Virus record (IMG/VR): IMGVR_UViG_3300045119_000370 | Span: 53,743-117,742 of that record | Origin: a virus | DNA length: 64,000 nt | Direction: 5' to 3' (one strand) | Shown: one piece after another, positions 26,542 through 36,255 of the stretch | Numbering within the stretch: position 1 is the first letter of the stretch | Layout of the letters: each line of letters starts with the position of its first letter | Program-made: the position numbers and the translations under genes | Notes under the pieces: model-generated | Databases searched by the model: none | The model's input: the letters and a program-made list of their open reading frames with translations, nothing else | What the model was told of the DNA's origin: nothing

Positions 26542-29136
26542 ATGGGATTTATCGTCGGCCGTTTGCGCCGTGAGCAAACACCAACCAAGGGCGTGTCGCT
26601 GGGACTACTGCATCGGCACGAATGTTCAGTCTGCCCGCTCAATCGTGCTCCCAATCTCAAGAACGCCAAGATGCCACCCAACGGCAACCCCAAGCCGCTG
26701 GTCTACATGCTGGGCGAAGCACCCGGTGAGCAGGAGGACCGGTATGGCGAGGCTTTCATTGGACCGTCAGGTGAGTGCCTGCGCTCACATATCGAGGATG
26801 ACTGGATCAAGTCCTTGCGATGGTCGAACACGATACGCTGCCGGCCGACCGAGAAATCCAAGGAGAGCGGCAAGACGATCAACCGCGAACCGACCAATGT
26901 CGAGATCGAGTGCTGCCGGCCCAAGCTGATCAGAGATATTCAGGAGACCAAGCCGGTCGCCATCTTCGGCTTCGGCAACGTCCCATTACACTGGGTGACT
27001 GGCGAGGCCGGCATCACCAAGTGGCGCGGCAAGCGCTTGCCGGTGACCATCGGCACGCACACTTGCTGGTACTACCCGATGTACCACCCGAGCTACATCC
27101 TGCAAATGCAGGAGGAGATGCGCGGCCGCGACTTGGAGTTCGCTTTCGACATGGACCTCAAGCGTGCCTTCGCCGAGGTCGACGCCGGCCTACCCGAGCC
27201 GGTCGTGCACACTGCCGAGATCGCCCACGCCGACGTCGAGATCATCACTGGCGAGCATGGTGATGCCGACGTCGACCGCGTGCTCAACTTCCTCGACCAG
27301 TGCAAGCAGTTCGAGGTGGTCGGCCTCGATTACGAGACCAAGGGCAAGCGGCCTTATGGCGACACCGTCAAGCTTCTCACCATCGCTATCTCGAACGAGA
27401 CGCGCAGTGTGGCCTTCGCGTTCAACCATGCGCGGGCTGGGTGGACCAGCCGACAACGAGAGCGCATCACCAAGGGCTTCTTGGATTTCCTGTGCTCCTC
27501 GCCAGAAACACGCAAAGTGGCGCACCACCTCGCCTACGAACTGGAATGGTCGGCGCACTTCTTCGGTCCCGAGGTCATCTACGAGAACCGTTGGGGCGAC
27601 ACCATCAGTCAGGCGTTCATTCTCGATGAGCGGCAGGGCGCACTGAGTCTGGAGTTCCTTTGCTGGCAGCACTTCGGCATCAACGTCAAGGCGCTCTCGC
27701 CGGAATTCAACAAGGAGGACATCGAGCAGGAAGACCTGAGCGACGTGCTCACTTACAACGCCATCGACGCCAAGTACGCCCGGGTGCTCTACCATGCGCA
27801 GAAGCGGGAGCTAAAGGACGAGAAACTGATCGAGGTCTACGCGCACCATATGCGACGTGTGCAGGCGACCGTGGCCACGCAGCTGAAAGGGGTGCCGGTC
27901 GATCAGGATCGTGTCGCCGAGTTCTACAAGCAGTACAGGGACGAGCTTGACATCATCGAGGCCGACATCGCGGCGCTGCCCATGGTCAAGCAGTACAACA
28001 TCAGCCACAAGGACTTCCGACCGTCAGCGCCGCAAAACCTCGTCGATATACTGCGCAAGGAGGGCATCCACCTCGACACCACCAAGGAAGGCGAACTGGA
28101 GAAGTATGCCGGCACGCCGATCATCGATCTGGTGCTCAAATGGCGCGGCGTCAACAAACTGCTCTCGACCTACGTCAAGCCGCTGCTGAGCATGGAGACG
28201 GCACAGCGGCTCGCCGTCCCCGAGTTCACTATCAAGGACACCGTCATTCACGACGATGGTCTGATGCATCCGATCATCTCGACGGTGAAGACGCGCACGT
28301 GGCGGACCAGTGCCGAGGAACCCAACGAGCAGAATTTCCCCAAGCACGAGAACCGCCAAGTGCGGCGCATGATCAAATCGCGCAACGCGCAGCGCAAGGT
28401 CGTCAGCTTTGACTATGCCGGCATCCAAGCCCGCAACATTGCCATGGAGTCGCGCGACGACGCTTTGGTCAAGGCGTTCTGGGATCGTTACGACATCCAC
28501 ACCGATTGGATGGAGCGCATCGAGCGGCGGGTGCCGGGCTGGATCAAACTGACCGACGACCATGACAAGAAATACTGGCGCAATCGGGCCAAGAACGGTT
28601 TCGTGTTCCCGTCCTTCTTCGGGGCGCAGCCGAAAAAGACGTCCGGCGAGTTGGGCATCGACATCAGCGACAGCGAGCGTCTGCAAGGCGACCTGTGGGA
28701 GATGTTCCCGAATGTCCATGGTTGGCAGAAGCGGCTCAGGGACGATTACTACAAGCGCGGCTACGTCACCGGGCTGAGCGGCTTCCGCAGGCGTGCACCA
28801 GTGTCACCGAACGAATTGATCAATGCACCCATTCAAGCCGACGAGGCGATCATCGTACTCACCGCCATGGCCGAGCTTGCCGAGATGGGCGATCCGCGTT
28901 TCGTCGCCAATATGGAAATCCACGACGACCTGACGTTTTTCTGGCACGTCGACGAGATCGAGCGCAACGCTGAAACAGTTATCGACACCATGCTCAACAC
29001 GCCATATGAGTGGGCGCACATCGTACCTATCGGAGTCGAGATGGCGGTCGGTGACGACTGGGAGAGTGTCAAGGGCGTCGGCGAGTACTTCTCGGACCAG
29101 TGGTCAGGGAGAATACCCAAGAAGGTGGCGGCATGA
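26542..29136 (+). CDS. polA: Family A DNA polymerase with N-terminal uracil-DNA-glycosylase-like domain (SPO1-type)
   Basis: GEAPG.QED..G.AFIGPSG, CRP, YHPSY; exonuclease LDYET/YNAIDA; motifs FDYAGIQAR, RAKNGFVF..FFG, EIHDDL. Confidence 0.92.
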   Translation: MGFIVGRLRREQTPTKGVSLGLLHRHECSVCPLNRAPNLKNAKMPPNGNPKPLVYMLGEAPGEQEDRYGEAFIGPSGECLRSHIEDDWIKSLRWSNTIRCRPTEKSKESGKTINREPTNVEIECCRPKLIRDIQETKPVAIFGFGNVPLHWVTGEAGITKWRGKRLPVTIGTHTCWYYPMYHPSYILQMQEEMRGRDLEFAFDMDLKRAFAEVDAGLPEPVVHTAEIAHADVEIITGEHGDADVDRVLNFLDQCKQFEVVGLDYETKGKRPYGDTVKLLTIAISNETRSVAFAFNHARAGWTSRQRERITKGFLDFLCSSPETRKVAHHLAYELEWSAHFFGPEVIYENRWGDTISQAFILDERQGALSLEFLCWQHFGINVKALSPEFNKEDIEQEDLSDVLTYNAIDAKYARVLYHAQKRELKDEKLIEVYAHHMRRVQATVATQLKGVPVDQDRVAEFYKQYRDELDIIEADIAALPMVKQYNISHKDFRPSAPQNLVDILRKEGIHLDTTKEGELEKYAGTPIIDLVLKWRGVNKLLSTYVKPLLSMETAQRLAVPEFTIKDTVIHDDGLMHPIISTVKTRTWRTSAEEPNEQNFPKHENRQVRRMIKSRNAQRKVVSFDYAGIQARNIAMESRDDALVKAFWDRYDIHTDWMERIERRVPGWIKLTDDHDKKYWRNRAKNGFVFPSFFGAQPKKTSGELGIDISDSERLQGDLWEMFPNVHGWQKRLRDDYYKRGYVTGLSGFRRRAPVSPNELINAPIQADEAIIVLTAMAELAEMGDPRFVANMEIHDDLTFFWHVDEIERNAETVIDTMLNTPYEWAHIVPIGVEMAVGDDWESVKGVGEYFSDQWSGRIPKKVAA

Positions 29137-29309
29137 TTACGCGATGGGAGTATGCGGGTTTTTGGTACGTCATCCAGCGAGCGGTAGATGGTAGTGTGAC
29201 CGCTGAGCCGGAACCCGGCCAGCACCGGGCGGCGTACAAGGACAAGCACAGACGCGCTGCTATAGAAACCTATGCAGAGGCGCACAAGACTGATGTTCAA
29301 AAGCGTTGA
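29133..29309 (+). CDS. Hypothetical protein
   Basis: ATGA overlap with polymerase stop. Confidence 0.45.
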   Translation: MITRWEYAGFWYVIQRAVDGSVTAEPEPGQHRAAYKDKHRRAAIETYAEAHKTDVQKR

Positions 29310-29607
29310 AGGGCTGGTCGACGAGATCAACAAGACGGGTTGGCTGATCACTGAGATTTACCAACGCGATCATGACCAGTGGTTCGCGGTGCTGCGCAAG
29401 CGAGGCGACTTCAGTGCCGCCTATGGTGAGGCTGCAACCATGCTCGGCGCGCTGGGTACGGCGTGGACCGAGGCGCAGATGCACAAGCGCATGACCAACG
29501 CCGACTGGGATGCGCTCAAGCCCAAGAAGGTCAAGGTGGACGAGCCGATTAAGCAGATTGCCGCAGAGATCAAGCGGCGCGGGTCAATTCCAAGGATCAA
29601 GCCATAA
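29293..29607 (+). CDS. Hypothetical protein
   Basis: 104 aa, abuts clamp loader start. Confidence 0.55.
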   Translation: MFKSVEGLVDEINKTGWLITEIYQRDHDQWFAVLRKRGDFSAAYGEAATMLGALGTAWTEAQMHKRMTNADWDALKPKKVKVDEPIKQIAAEIKRRGSIPRIKP

Positions 29608-30579
29608 ATGGTCAAGCGTATCGTCGAGGTCGAGCCGCCGCGTGGCGGCACTCTTTACAACACATATAGACCGAAGCTGTTCAAGGAGGTCATTGGCCAA
29701 GAGTTGGTGGTCAACGCGCTGGTCAAGATTTTGCAGAAGGACGCAGCGCACACCTTCCTGTTCACGGGACCGTCGGGAGTCGGCAAGACAACGTTGGCCC
29801 GATTGTCAGCGAAGTTCGTGCGCTGCGCTCCGCAAGATATCGTCGAGATCGCGGCGGCGGTCAATACCGGCGTCGATGCCATGCGTGAAATCCAAGCGGC
29901 GGCGGACTATCAGCCGTTCGGTGGCGAGAGCAAGGCGATCATCCTCGACGAGGTCCAGCGGCTGAGCAAGCCGGCATGGGAATCGCTGCTCAAGGCGTTG
30001 GAGGAGCCGGCATCGCACACTTACTGGTTCCTGTGCACTACCGAGCCGGACAAGGTGCCGAAGACCGTCACCACACGTGCGGTCAGTTTCAAGCTCAAGC
30101 CGGTCGCCGACGCGGACATGCGCGACCTCTTAGCCGACGTTTGCAACAAGGAGGGCATCGAGCTTGCCGGCGACGTCGACAACCTCCTGATCAGTAATGC
30201 CGGCGGCTCACCTCGTCAGCTGCTCAGCGATCTCGCCATGGTGCGTGATGCCGAGAGCAAGGCATCGGCGGCGGCACTCTTGTCGACGGCAGTCGAGAGT
30301 GAGCCAGTGCGTGAACTGTGTCGGATGCTGAGCGACGGCAAGGGCAGCTGGCAGAAGGCGATGGCCATCGTCGCCAAAATACTGGATGAGCAAGAACCGG
30401 AAGAGGCCCGCATCTTGGTGTGTCGCTACATGGCGGCCGTGGCGATCAGTGCGACCAACGACCGCGCCGCGCAGCATGCGTGCATGGTGCTCGATTTCTT
30501 TCGTGCGCAGTTTTTCAGTGGCGAGGGCGCTGCCCCTTTAATTTTAGCAATCGGAAACGTTTTGCTGGCAAACCGCTGA
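29608..30579 (+). CDS. dnaX: Clamp loader, DNA Pol III gamma/tau-like
   Basis: LY..YRP..F.EVIGQ, GPSGVGKTT, ILDEVQ, LLKALEEP, GSPR. Confidence 0.9.
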   Translation: MVKRIVEVEPPRGGTLYNTYRPKLFKEVIGQELVVNALVKILQKDAAHTFLFTGPSGVGKTTLARLSAKFVRCAPQDIVEIAAAVNTGVDAMREIQAAADYQPFGGESKAIILDEVQRLSKPAWESLLKALEEPASHTYWFLCTTEPDKVPKTVTTRAVSFKLKPVADADMRDLLADVCNKEGIELAGDVDNLLISNAGGSPRQLLSDLAMVRDAESKASAAALLSTAVESEPVRELCRMLSDGKGSWQKAMAIVAKILDEQEPEEARILVCRYMAAVAISATNDRAAQHACMVLDFFRAQFFSGEGAAPLILAIGNVLLANR

Positions 30580-30604
30580 GCCGATGTTATATGATGGGGC
30601 AATC

Positions 30605-31171
30605 ATGGTAGACCGTTTGCAGCCCGAGAAGCCGGCCGTATCGAGACTGACACTCGACCAGCTGGAAGGCGACCTCAAGATCGACGAGTACGCGCTCAAC
30701 GACGTGTGTCGTGAGCACCCGACGCTGTTTTATCGGGTCGCCCGCGAACTGGCTTTCGCCATCTCGCGTCGCGACGCCGCCAAGGTCGAACTGGAAAGGA
30801 CCGAGGGCCAGATAACCCTGTCCATGCGTGATCAGGCCCGCGACGTTGGTGAAAAAACCACGGTCGACGAGATCAAGGCGCGGGTCCGCGAGAGCAATCA
30901 GTACATGACAGCTGCCGAGCGGTTGGCCATGCGGCAGATGGAAGTCGGCGAATGGGCGGCGCTAAAGGAAGCCTACGGGCAGCGTAGCTACGCATTGAAT
31001 CACATGGTCGACCTGTACCTCGCCAATTACTATGGCAACATCGAGCGACGCGAGAGCGTCGAGGATCGCGAGCGCAACGCCGACCGCGCCCGTGAGCGGC
31101 TGGCCGAGATGCGTCGCGCCGCTCCCTATAACAGGACCAGAAGAGAGGAAGATTCAGATGGTAGAACGTAA
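30605..31171 (+). CDS. UvsY-like recombination mediator
   Basis: Helical; LKIDE..L......HP.LF, KTTVDEIKARV; next to SSB and RecA. Confidence 0.55.
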   Translation: MVDRLQPEKPAVSRLTLDQLEGDLKIDEYALNDVCREHPTLFYRVARELAFAISRRDAAKVELERTEGQITLSMRDQARDVGEKTTVDEIKARVRESNQYMTAAERLAMRQMEVGEWAALKEAYGQRSYALNHMVDLYLANYYGNIERRESVEDRERNADRARERLAEMRRAAPYNRTRREEDSDGRT

Positions 31172-32486
31172 CCGACCGGACGACGACCGGGGCCGCAGTG
31201 GCGGCAGCACTCGTGGAAAATGGCATTACGAACCGCAGAAGGCCGAAGACATCCGGGCGCGGGCGACGCGCACCAGTGGTCGCTTCGACAGTATCTTCAA
31301 GCCGGGCTTCGACACGTTCCGTCCCAAGGGTGGCGATAACTTGGTCCGCTTCCTGCCCGGCACGTGGAACTTGGGCGTAGCTTACGCTTACGACGTCTGG
31401 GTCCATCGTTACGTTGGTCCTGACGACTCGACGTATCTCTGTCTCGACAGAATGCTCGGCAAACAATGTCCGATCTGCGATGCGGCGGCCGAGGCCAAGC
31501 GTGCCAAGGATGACGAGGAAGCCAAGCAGCTGCGTGTGCTCCAGCAGGGCGTCGCATGGATACTCGACCGGCGTGGCGAGATGCCGAAGCAACCGCTCTT
31601 GTTTCAGATGAGCCGGACCCTCGACAGCACCATCCTGTCTTTGACTAACATCAAGGAGCAGATTTGGATCGATAACCCGACTGAAGGGTTCGATGTGACC
31701 ATCAAGCGTTCGGGCACCGGTCTGAACACGCGCTACATCGCTGCCATCGACCGTGATCCGTCGCCGATTGCCGAGAAGCAGCGCGACTTCGACAAGATCA
31801 TGGACTACATCGAGACAAACCCCCTCGACACCGTGCTCCATTACTTCGACGCCGACTATCTCGACCGGGTCATGTCGGGGACTACCGGCCCGCGTGATGA
31901 CAAGGAGGAGGTACGCGGCCGCGAGCGCGAGCGTGATGATCGGGACGAGCGTGAGGAACCCCGCCGTGACCGCGACCGTGATGGTGAGCGGGACGAGCGG
32001 GCGGTGCGCAGCCGGCGTGATGAACCAGAACCGGAGCGCGCACGATCCAGCCGGCGTGACGAGCCGGAACCGGATCGCGAGGAGCGCTCGCCAAGGCGTG
32101 GGCGTGATGAGCCGGAACCGGATCGCCCGGGCCGTAGGGCGGCCCGTGACGAGGCCAAGGACGAGGAGGACGAGGATCGGGCCGGTCGTGGCCGGCGCGA
32201 GCCTGACGACGCTCCCAGCCGCCGGGACCGGCGTTCTGACCCGGAGGAGGAGGATCAGGCGCGGGATGAGCGTCGCGCACGCGGCAATGGTGCTCGTAGG
32301 GACGACAAGGACGAACCACCTTTCGATGCCGATCCCCCGGCACGCAGCCGTCGCGAGCGTGCCGACGAGGATGAGGAAAGCCGTCCCCGTCGCAGCGTAG
32401 AGCGTCAGCGGCCGGACGATGAACCGCGTGCGGCCCGGCGCGGTGACGATGATGAAGAGGACCGCCGGCCGCCGCGTCGTCGCTGA
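31158..32486 (+). CDS. T4 gp32-like ssDNA-binding protein with long Arg/Asp/Glu tail
   Basis: VRFLP, H....C...CPIC Zn site, NPTEGFDVTIKRSGTG..TRY; GAGGA RBS before 31158. Confidence 0.75.
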   Translation: MVERNRPDDDRGRSGGSTRGKWHYEPQKAEDIRARATRTSGRFDSIFKPGFDTFRPKGGDNLVRFLPGTWNLGVAYAYDVWVHRYVGPDDSTYLCLDRMLGKQCPICDAAAEAKRAKDDEEAKQLRVLQQGVAWILDRRGEMPKQPLLFQMSRTLDSTILSLTNIKEQIWIDNPTEGFDVTIKRSGTGLNTRYIAAIDRDPSPIAEKQRDFDKIMDYIETNPLDTVLHYFDADYLDRVMSGTTGPRDDKEEVRGRERERDDRDEREEPRRDRDRDGERDERAVRSRRDEPEPERARSSRRDEPEPDREERSPRRGRDEPEPDRPGRRAARDEAKDEEDEDRAGRGRREPDDAPSRRDRRSDPEEEDQARDERRARGNGARRDDKDEPPFDADPPARSRRERADEDEESRPRRSVERQRPDDEPRAARRGDDDEEDRRPPRRR

Positions 32487-33586
32487 TGATCAAGCGACTT
32501 CGCCTCACTGACAATCCGCCTGTCACGGACGACGAGGACGCGGCAGGTGGATTGTACTTCGCCGCGCCCAAGAAGCGCGGCTTCATTCCGTCTGGCTGCA
32601 AGCTCTTGGATTTGGTTCTGGGAGGTGGCTGGGCGGAAGGCCGCATTGCCAACATCATCGGCGACAAGTCCACCGGCAAGACTTTACTGTGTATCGAGGC
32701 CGTCGCCAACTTCGTCAAAAAGTACAAGAATCGTGGTCGCGTTTTTTATCGCGAGGTCGAGGCCGCCTTCGACGTGGACTATGCCGAGGCTTTGGGTATG
32801 CCGGTCAGGGGCATCGATTTCAGTCATAACTTAGATAAGCCGCTTGAGACGGTGGAAGACCTGTTCGAGGACATGGATGCCGTCCTGACCGAGTTAGAGA
32901 ACGCCAAGACCAAGTATCATAGTCTGTACATCGTGGACTCGCTCGACGCACTGACCGACCGCGAGGAGCAGGCCCGCGCCATGGACAAGGGCAGCTACGG
33001 GGCCGACAAGTCCAAGAAGATGTCGCAGCTGTTCCGCCGGCTGGTGCGTCGCTTCGAAAACGCCAACATGACGGTCATCATCGTCAGTCAAGTGCGCAGC
33101 AAGATCGGTGTGACTTTCGGCGAGCGCACCACCCGGTCAGGCGGCCGCGCACTCGACTTCTATGGTTCGCAGTTCATCAAGCTGGCGCACTTGTCCGTAC
33201 TCTACCAGACACGTGATAGCCAGCGTCGCGCCATCGGTGTGAGCATCCGCGCCAAGAGCACCAAGAACAAGATCGGCTTACCGTTCCGCGAGTGTGATTT
33301 TGACTTGCTCTTTGGCTATGGTATAGACGATCTCGATGCGTGCTTACGATGGTTGGATGAGGCCAAGGGGTTGGGTCCGCTCGGTTACCATATCGTCAAG
33401 ACCAAGAAGGGCGACAAGCGCGCCAATGGTGCCTACGGTTCATTGAACGAGGTCATCGACGACATCTGGAAGCGGCCCAACGAGGAGTTCAAGAGCGAAC
33501 TGGAACGCGTGCGCAAAGTCGTCGAGGCGCGATGGTGGGAGATCGAGAAGAGCCATCTGCCTACGCGGAGGAAATACGATGGCTAA
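32486..33586 (+). CDS. recA: RecA/UvsX recombinase
   Basis: SG..LLDLVLGGG, GDKSTGKT, IVDSLDAL, SQVRSKIG, GGRALDFY, KNK. Confidence 0.92.
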   Translation: MIKRLRLTDNPPVTDDEDAAGGLYFAAPKKRGFIPSGCKLLDLVLGGGWAEGRIANIIGDKSTGKTLLCIEAVANFVKKYKNRGRVFYREVEAAFDVDYAEALGMPVRGIDFSHNLDKPLETVEDLFEDMDAVLTELENAKTKYHSLYIVDSLDALTDREEQARAMDKGSYGADKSKKMSQLFRRLVRRFENANMTVIIVSQVRSKIGVTFGERTTRSGGRALDFYGSQFIKLAHLSVLYQTRDSQRRAIGVSIRAKSTKNKIGLPFRECDFDLLFGYGIDDLDACLRWLDEAKGLGPLGYHIVKTKKGDKRANGAYGSLNEVIDDIWKRPNEEFKSELERVRKVVEARWWEIEKSHLPTRRKYDG

Positions 33587-33926
33587 GGACGACGAGCGTG
33601 ATGGGTTCTTGAATCGTGGCGAGTATCTCAAACAGGAAGGGATGCAGCGGGTCGACGACAACGCCGACGAGGATTGGAAGTTGGAAGCCGACCGGGCTGT
33701 GTTGGCTGTCGCCGAGGAGAACCTCTATCTGACTTCTGACGATGTCATGGAGCGTATCGATCCAAGTGTACAAACGGGCGAACTAAGGGCGATGGGACCA
33801 GTAATGCTGCGTGCCGCCAAGGCAGGCTTGATAGTCAAGTCAGAGAAACCGGGGCGCAACTCGAACCGGCCATCGTTGCACTCCTCTCCGCGCACGGTTT
33901 GGAAGAGTTTGGTGTACGTACCTTGA
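33579..33926 (+). CDS. Phage hypothetical protein
   Basis: 115 aa, overlaps recA stop. Confidence 0.65.
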   Translation: MAKDDERDGFLNRGEYLKQEGMQRVDDNADEDWKLEADRAVLAVAEENLYLTSDDVMERIDPSVQTGELRAMGPVMLRAAKAGLIVKSEKPGRNSNRPSLHSSPRTVWKSLVYVP

Positions 33927-33941
33927 AAAGGAGAAGGTCCA

Positions 33942-34475
33942 ATGTCGGAAGTCACAGCCAGTTCAGGACTGAAGGTGAAGAGTCCCCGTTTCAAAGTCAA
34001 AGTGGGGCAGAAACATATCGACGAATCGCTTACTAAAAGCTCGTCGCACTGCATGACTGCCGAAGCGATCAAGGATGCCATACCGGAAGCACGCTACGTG
34101 TCGGTTGACATATCCACCGTCCGATTTACCGATATCAAGAAGGGTCTTCGCTACACTTATCTGACCCCGAGGGTTTGTCAGATAGCAATCCTCGACTATG
34201 ATCGTGGCGCGAAAATCTACCCGTTCGGATTTGAGTTGCGCACTGCGATGATCACTCAGAGTGCCGTCGGCTCGACGTGGGCCGCCAGTAAGGAGCGCAA
34301 TCGCAATGCGCTGCGTAAACGGAATCTGCTCGGCGCGAAAAAGATGTCGGATGAAGCAAGCGAGGGCACCGGACGTATTCCTCATATTGTCGGTGGGAAG
34401 CCACCACCGCGCATGGGTACCCGACGTCAACACGGAATTAGAGCTTACGAGACATCCCTCCAAAGGCTGAAGTAA
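33942..34475 (+). CDS. Hypothetical protein (visibly more AT-rich codons)
   Basis: AGGAG RBS, 177 aa. Confidence 0.65.
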   Translation: MSEVTASSGLKVKSPRFKVKVGQKHIDESLTKSSSHCMTAEAIKDAIPEARYVSVDISTVRFTDIKKGLRYTYLTPRVCQIAILDYDRGAKIYPFGFELRTAMITQSAVGSTWAASKERNRNALRKRNLLGAKKMSDEASEGTGRIPHIVGGKPPPRMGTRRQHGIRAYETSLQRLK

Positions 34476-34999
34476 TGGCGGGTGGCCGGGCGTCCAAGGC
34501 CAAGGGCAGTGCGTTCGAGCGTGACGTCTGCGTAAAGCTCAGCCTGTGGATCAGCGAGGGCAAGAACAAGGACTTGTTCTGGCGCTCGGCCATGAGCGGC
34601 GGTCGAGCCAGTCGGGGATTGACGCGCGGTGACATCTTACGCCGGCAGGCCGGCGACATCACCGCCGTCGCCCCGGAAGGGCACGTACTCACCGACCAGT
34701 TCTACATCGAACTGAAACACCTGAAGAACCTCGCGATGATGTCGTTCGTCGTGTCGAACTCCGGGGCGTTGCAACGCGAGTGGGTGAAGACGATCAAGCA
34801 GGCGCATTGCTTCGGCCGCATTCCGATGATGATCGTCAAGCAGAACAACTACGCCACACTGGTGCTGGTCGCCGGCAGTATGTACAGACCGCGTACCAAT
34901 CCGCTCGTCAGTCGACGCATCCCGCTCGCCACCGTGCGCGGCGTCAATCTGTATCTGTTCGACGAGCTTTTGGAGGAGAGGTTCACAGTATGCCTATGA
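34475..34999 (+). CDS. Holliday junction resolvase-like PD-(D/E)xK nuclease
   Basis: KAKGSAFERDV...RSAMSGG...GDI...IELKH. Confidence 0.75.
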   Translation: MAGGRASKAKGSAFERDVCVKLSLWISEGKNKDLFWRSAMSGGRASRGLTRGDILRRQAGDITAVAPEGHVLTDQFYIELKHLKNLAMMSFVVSNSGALQREWVKTIKQAHCFGRIPMMIVKQNNYATLVLVAGSMYRPRTNPLVSRRIPLATVRGVNLYLFDELLEERFTVCL

Positions 35000-35334
35000 A
35001 GCCAATTATGAAGCCGGAAGAGTACCCGACGGCGCACAACATCGAGGCTGGCAACGTTTACGCGGCGCTCAACTATCTGCGCGAGGTCGGTCGCCAGATG
35101 ACCGTCAGTGCGAATCTCGGCCGGACGTCGGGCGAGGGCGAGGCGGCCGAGATGACCGTCAAGGCGGTCGAGGTGGTGGCGCATGCGATTGAGGTAATCC
35201 TCGACGATCTGGTCGAGAGTGCAGAAGGCATGCGCGATAAGTTCGAGACCATCCTGAAGCCGGCCATCGACGTGCGTGCGCCCTACGCCAAGGTGATGGT
35301 GAGCAAACTGGTCAAAGCAGCACTGGGCAAATGA
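34996..35334 (+). CDS. Hypothetical protein
   Basis: Coupled overlaps. Confidence 0.55.
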   Translation: MKPIMKPEEYPTAHNIEAGNVYAALNYLREVGRQMTVSANLGRTSGEGEAAEMTVKAVEVVAHAIEVILDDLVESAEGMRDKFETILKPAIDVRAPYAKVMVSKLVKAALGK

Positions 35335-35729
35335 CCTACGCTGTTCGTACCAAGGTACCGGTCACCAAGAGCAAGACTGAGATCGAGGCGACGCTCGCCA
35401 AGCATGGGGCGAAGAGGTTCGCTTACTACATCGAGCCGAACCGTGCATCGGTGGTGTTCGAGGCTTCCGACCGGCGGATCAGGTTTGACTTGCCTCTCCC
35501 AGAGGGCGAGCAGAAGCAGCGCGAGCGCTGGCGTGCACTGCTCCTGTGCATCAAGGCCAAGCTGGAAAGTGTGGAAGCCAAGATCGAGACGTTCGAGGAG
35601 GCTTTCTTAGCGCACGTGGTAATGCCTGACGGCTCGACGGTCAGCGAAGGTCTCATCCCGCAGATCAGGATCGCGTACAAGGACGGCACCATGCCGACGC
35701 TCCTGCCGCCGCCGAGGAAGGGTCCGTGA
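35331..35729 (+). CDS. Phage hypothetical protein
   Basis: YA..TKVPV.KS..EIE...WRALLL.IKAKLE.VE..IETFEEAFL. Confidence 0.7.
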   Translation: MTYAVRTKVPVTKSKTEIEATLAKHGAKRFAYYIEPNRASVVFEASDRRIRFDLPLPEGEQKQRERWRALLLCIKAKLESVEAKIETFEEAFLAHVVMPDGSTVSEGLIPQIRIAYKDGTMPTLLPPPRKGP

Positions 35730-35953
35730 GACGACGACACTATCCGCAGTTGGTCAATGCTTACTCGTTGGTCGACCCGATGAGTGTCATGCGTTCAGTC
35801 GCGACCGAGGTCTATTTATTCCCCAATAGAAAAGTATGGGTGCCGGCTAGAGGGTTGGGCTTCCAATCAGTGTTCCATGCCGGCAAGCTGGCGTGGGGCG
35901 TGTTCCGGGGCCGCTACGACGCACTGGTGTGGCCGGGACAGGGCGACATATGA
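35726..35953 (+). CDS. Hypothetical protein
   Basis: GTGA overlap, 75 aa. Confidence 0.5.
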   Translation: MRRRHYPQLVNAYSLVDPMSVMRSVATEVYLFPNRKVWVPARGLGFQSVFHAGKLAWGVFRGRYDALVWPGQGDI

Positions 35954-36255
35954 CCGTCATCGCTTGGTTGACTGGGTCGGCACTGACACCCGAGATCATG
36001 CGCCAGATGCAAGAGTCGGCACGCGCGCCGTTCAACTGCGGCTACTCGCTCGGTCTCCAGTATCCATGGGTGTACGGTCGACCCGGCGGTTTCTGGGAGG
36101 TGTGGTGCAAATACTGCAACGTGCTGCACTCGGTCCATGAGCACGACAACGATGTGTTGGCGCGCTTCGCTGCCATGGATGCATGCCACCAAGCCAACGG
36201 TCTGAGCCAGTACCCGACGCAGGACGTCATCAACGCAATGGACACGACACCATGA
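35950..36255 (+). CDS. Hypothetical protein
   Basis: ATGA overlaps at both ends. Confidence 0.5.
   Translation: MTVIAWLTGSALTPEIMRQMQESARAPFNCGYSLGLQYPWVYGRPGGFWEVWCKYCNVLHSVHEHDNDVLARFAAMDACHQANGLSQYPTQDVINAMDTTP

Noticed and set aside
31882-32483. Low-complexity region as a tandem DNA repeat or assembly artefact
   Set aside because: Units are degenerate with synonymous variation and stay in frame, consistent with a real protein tail.
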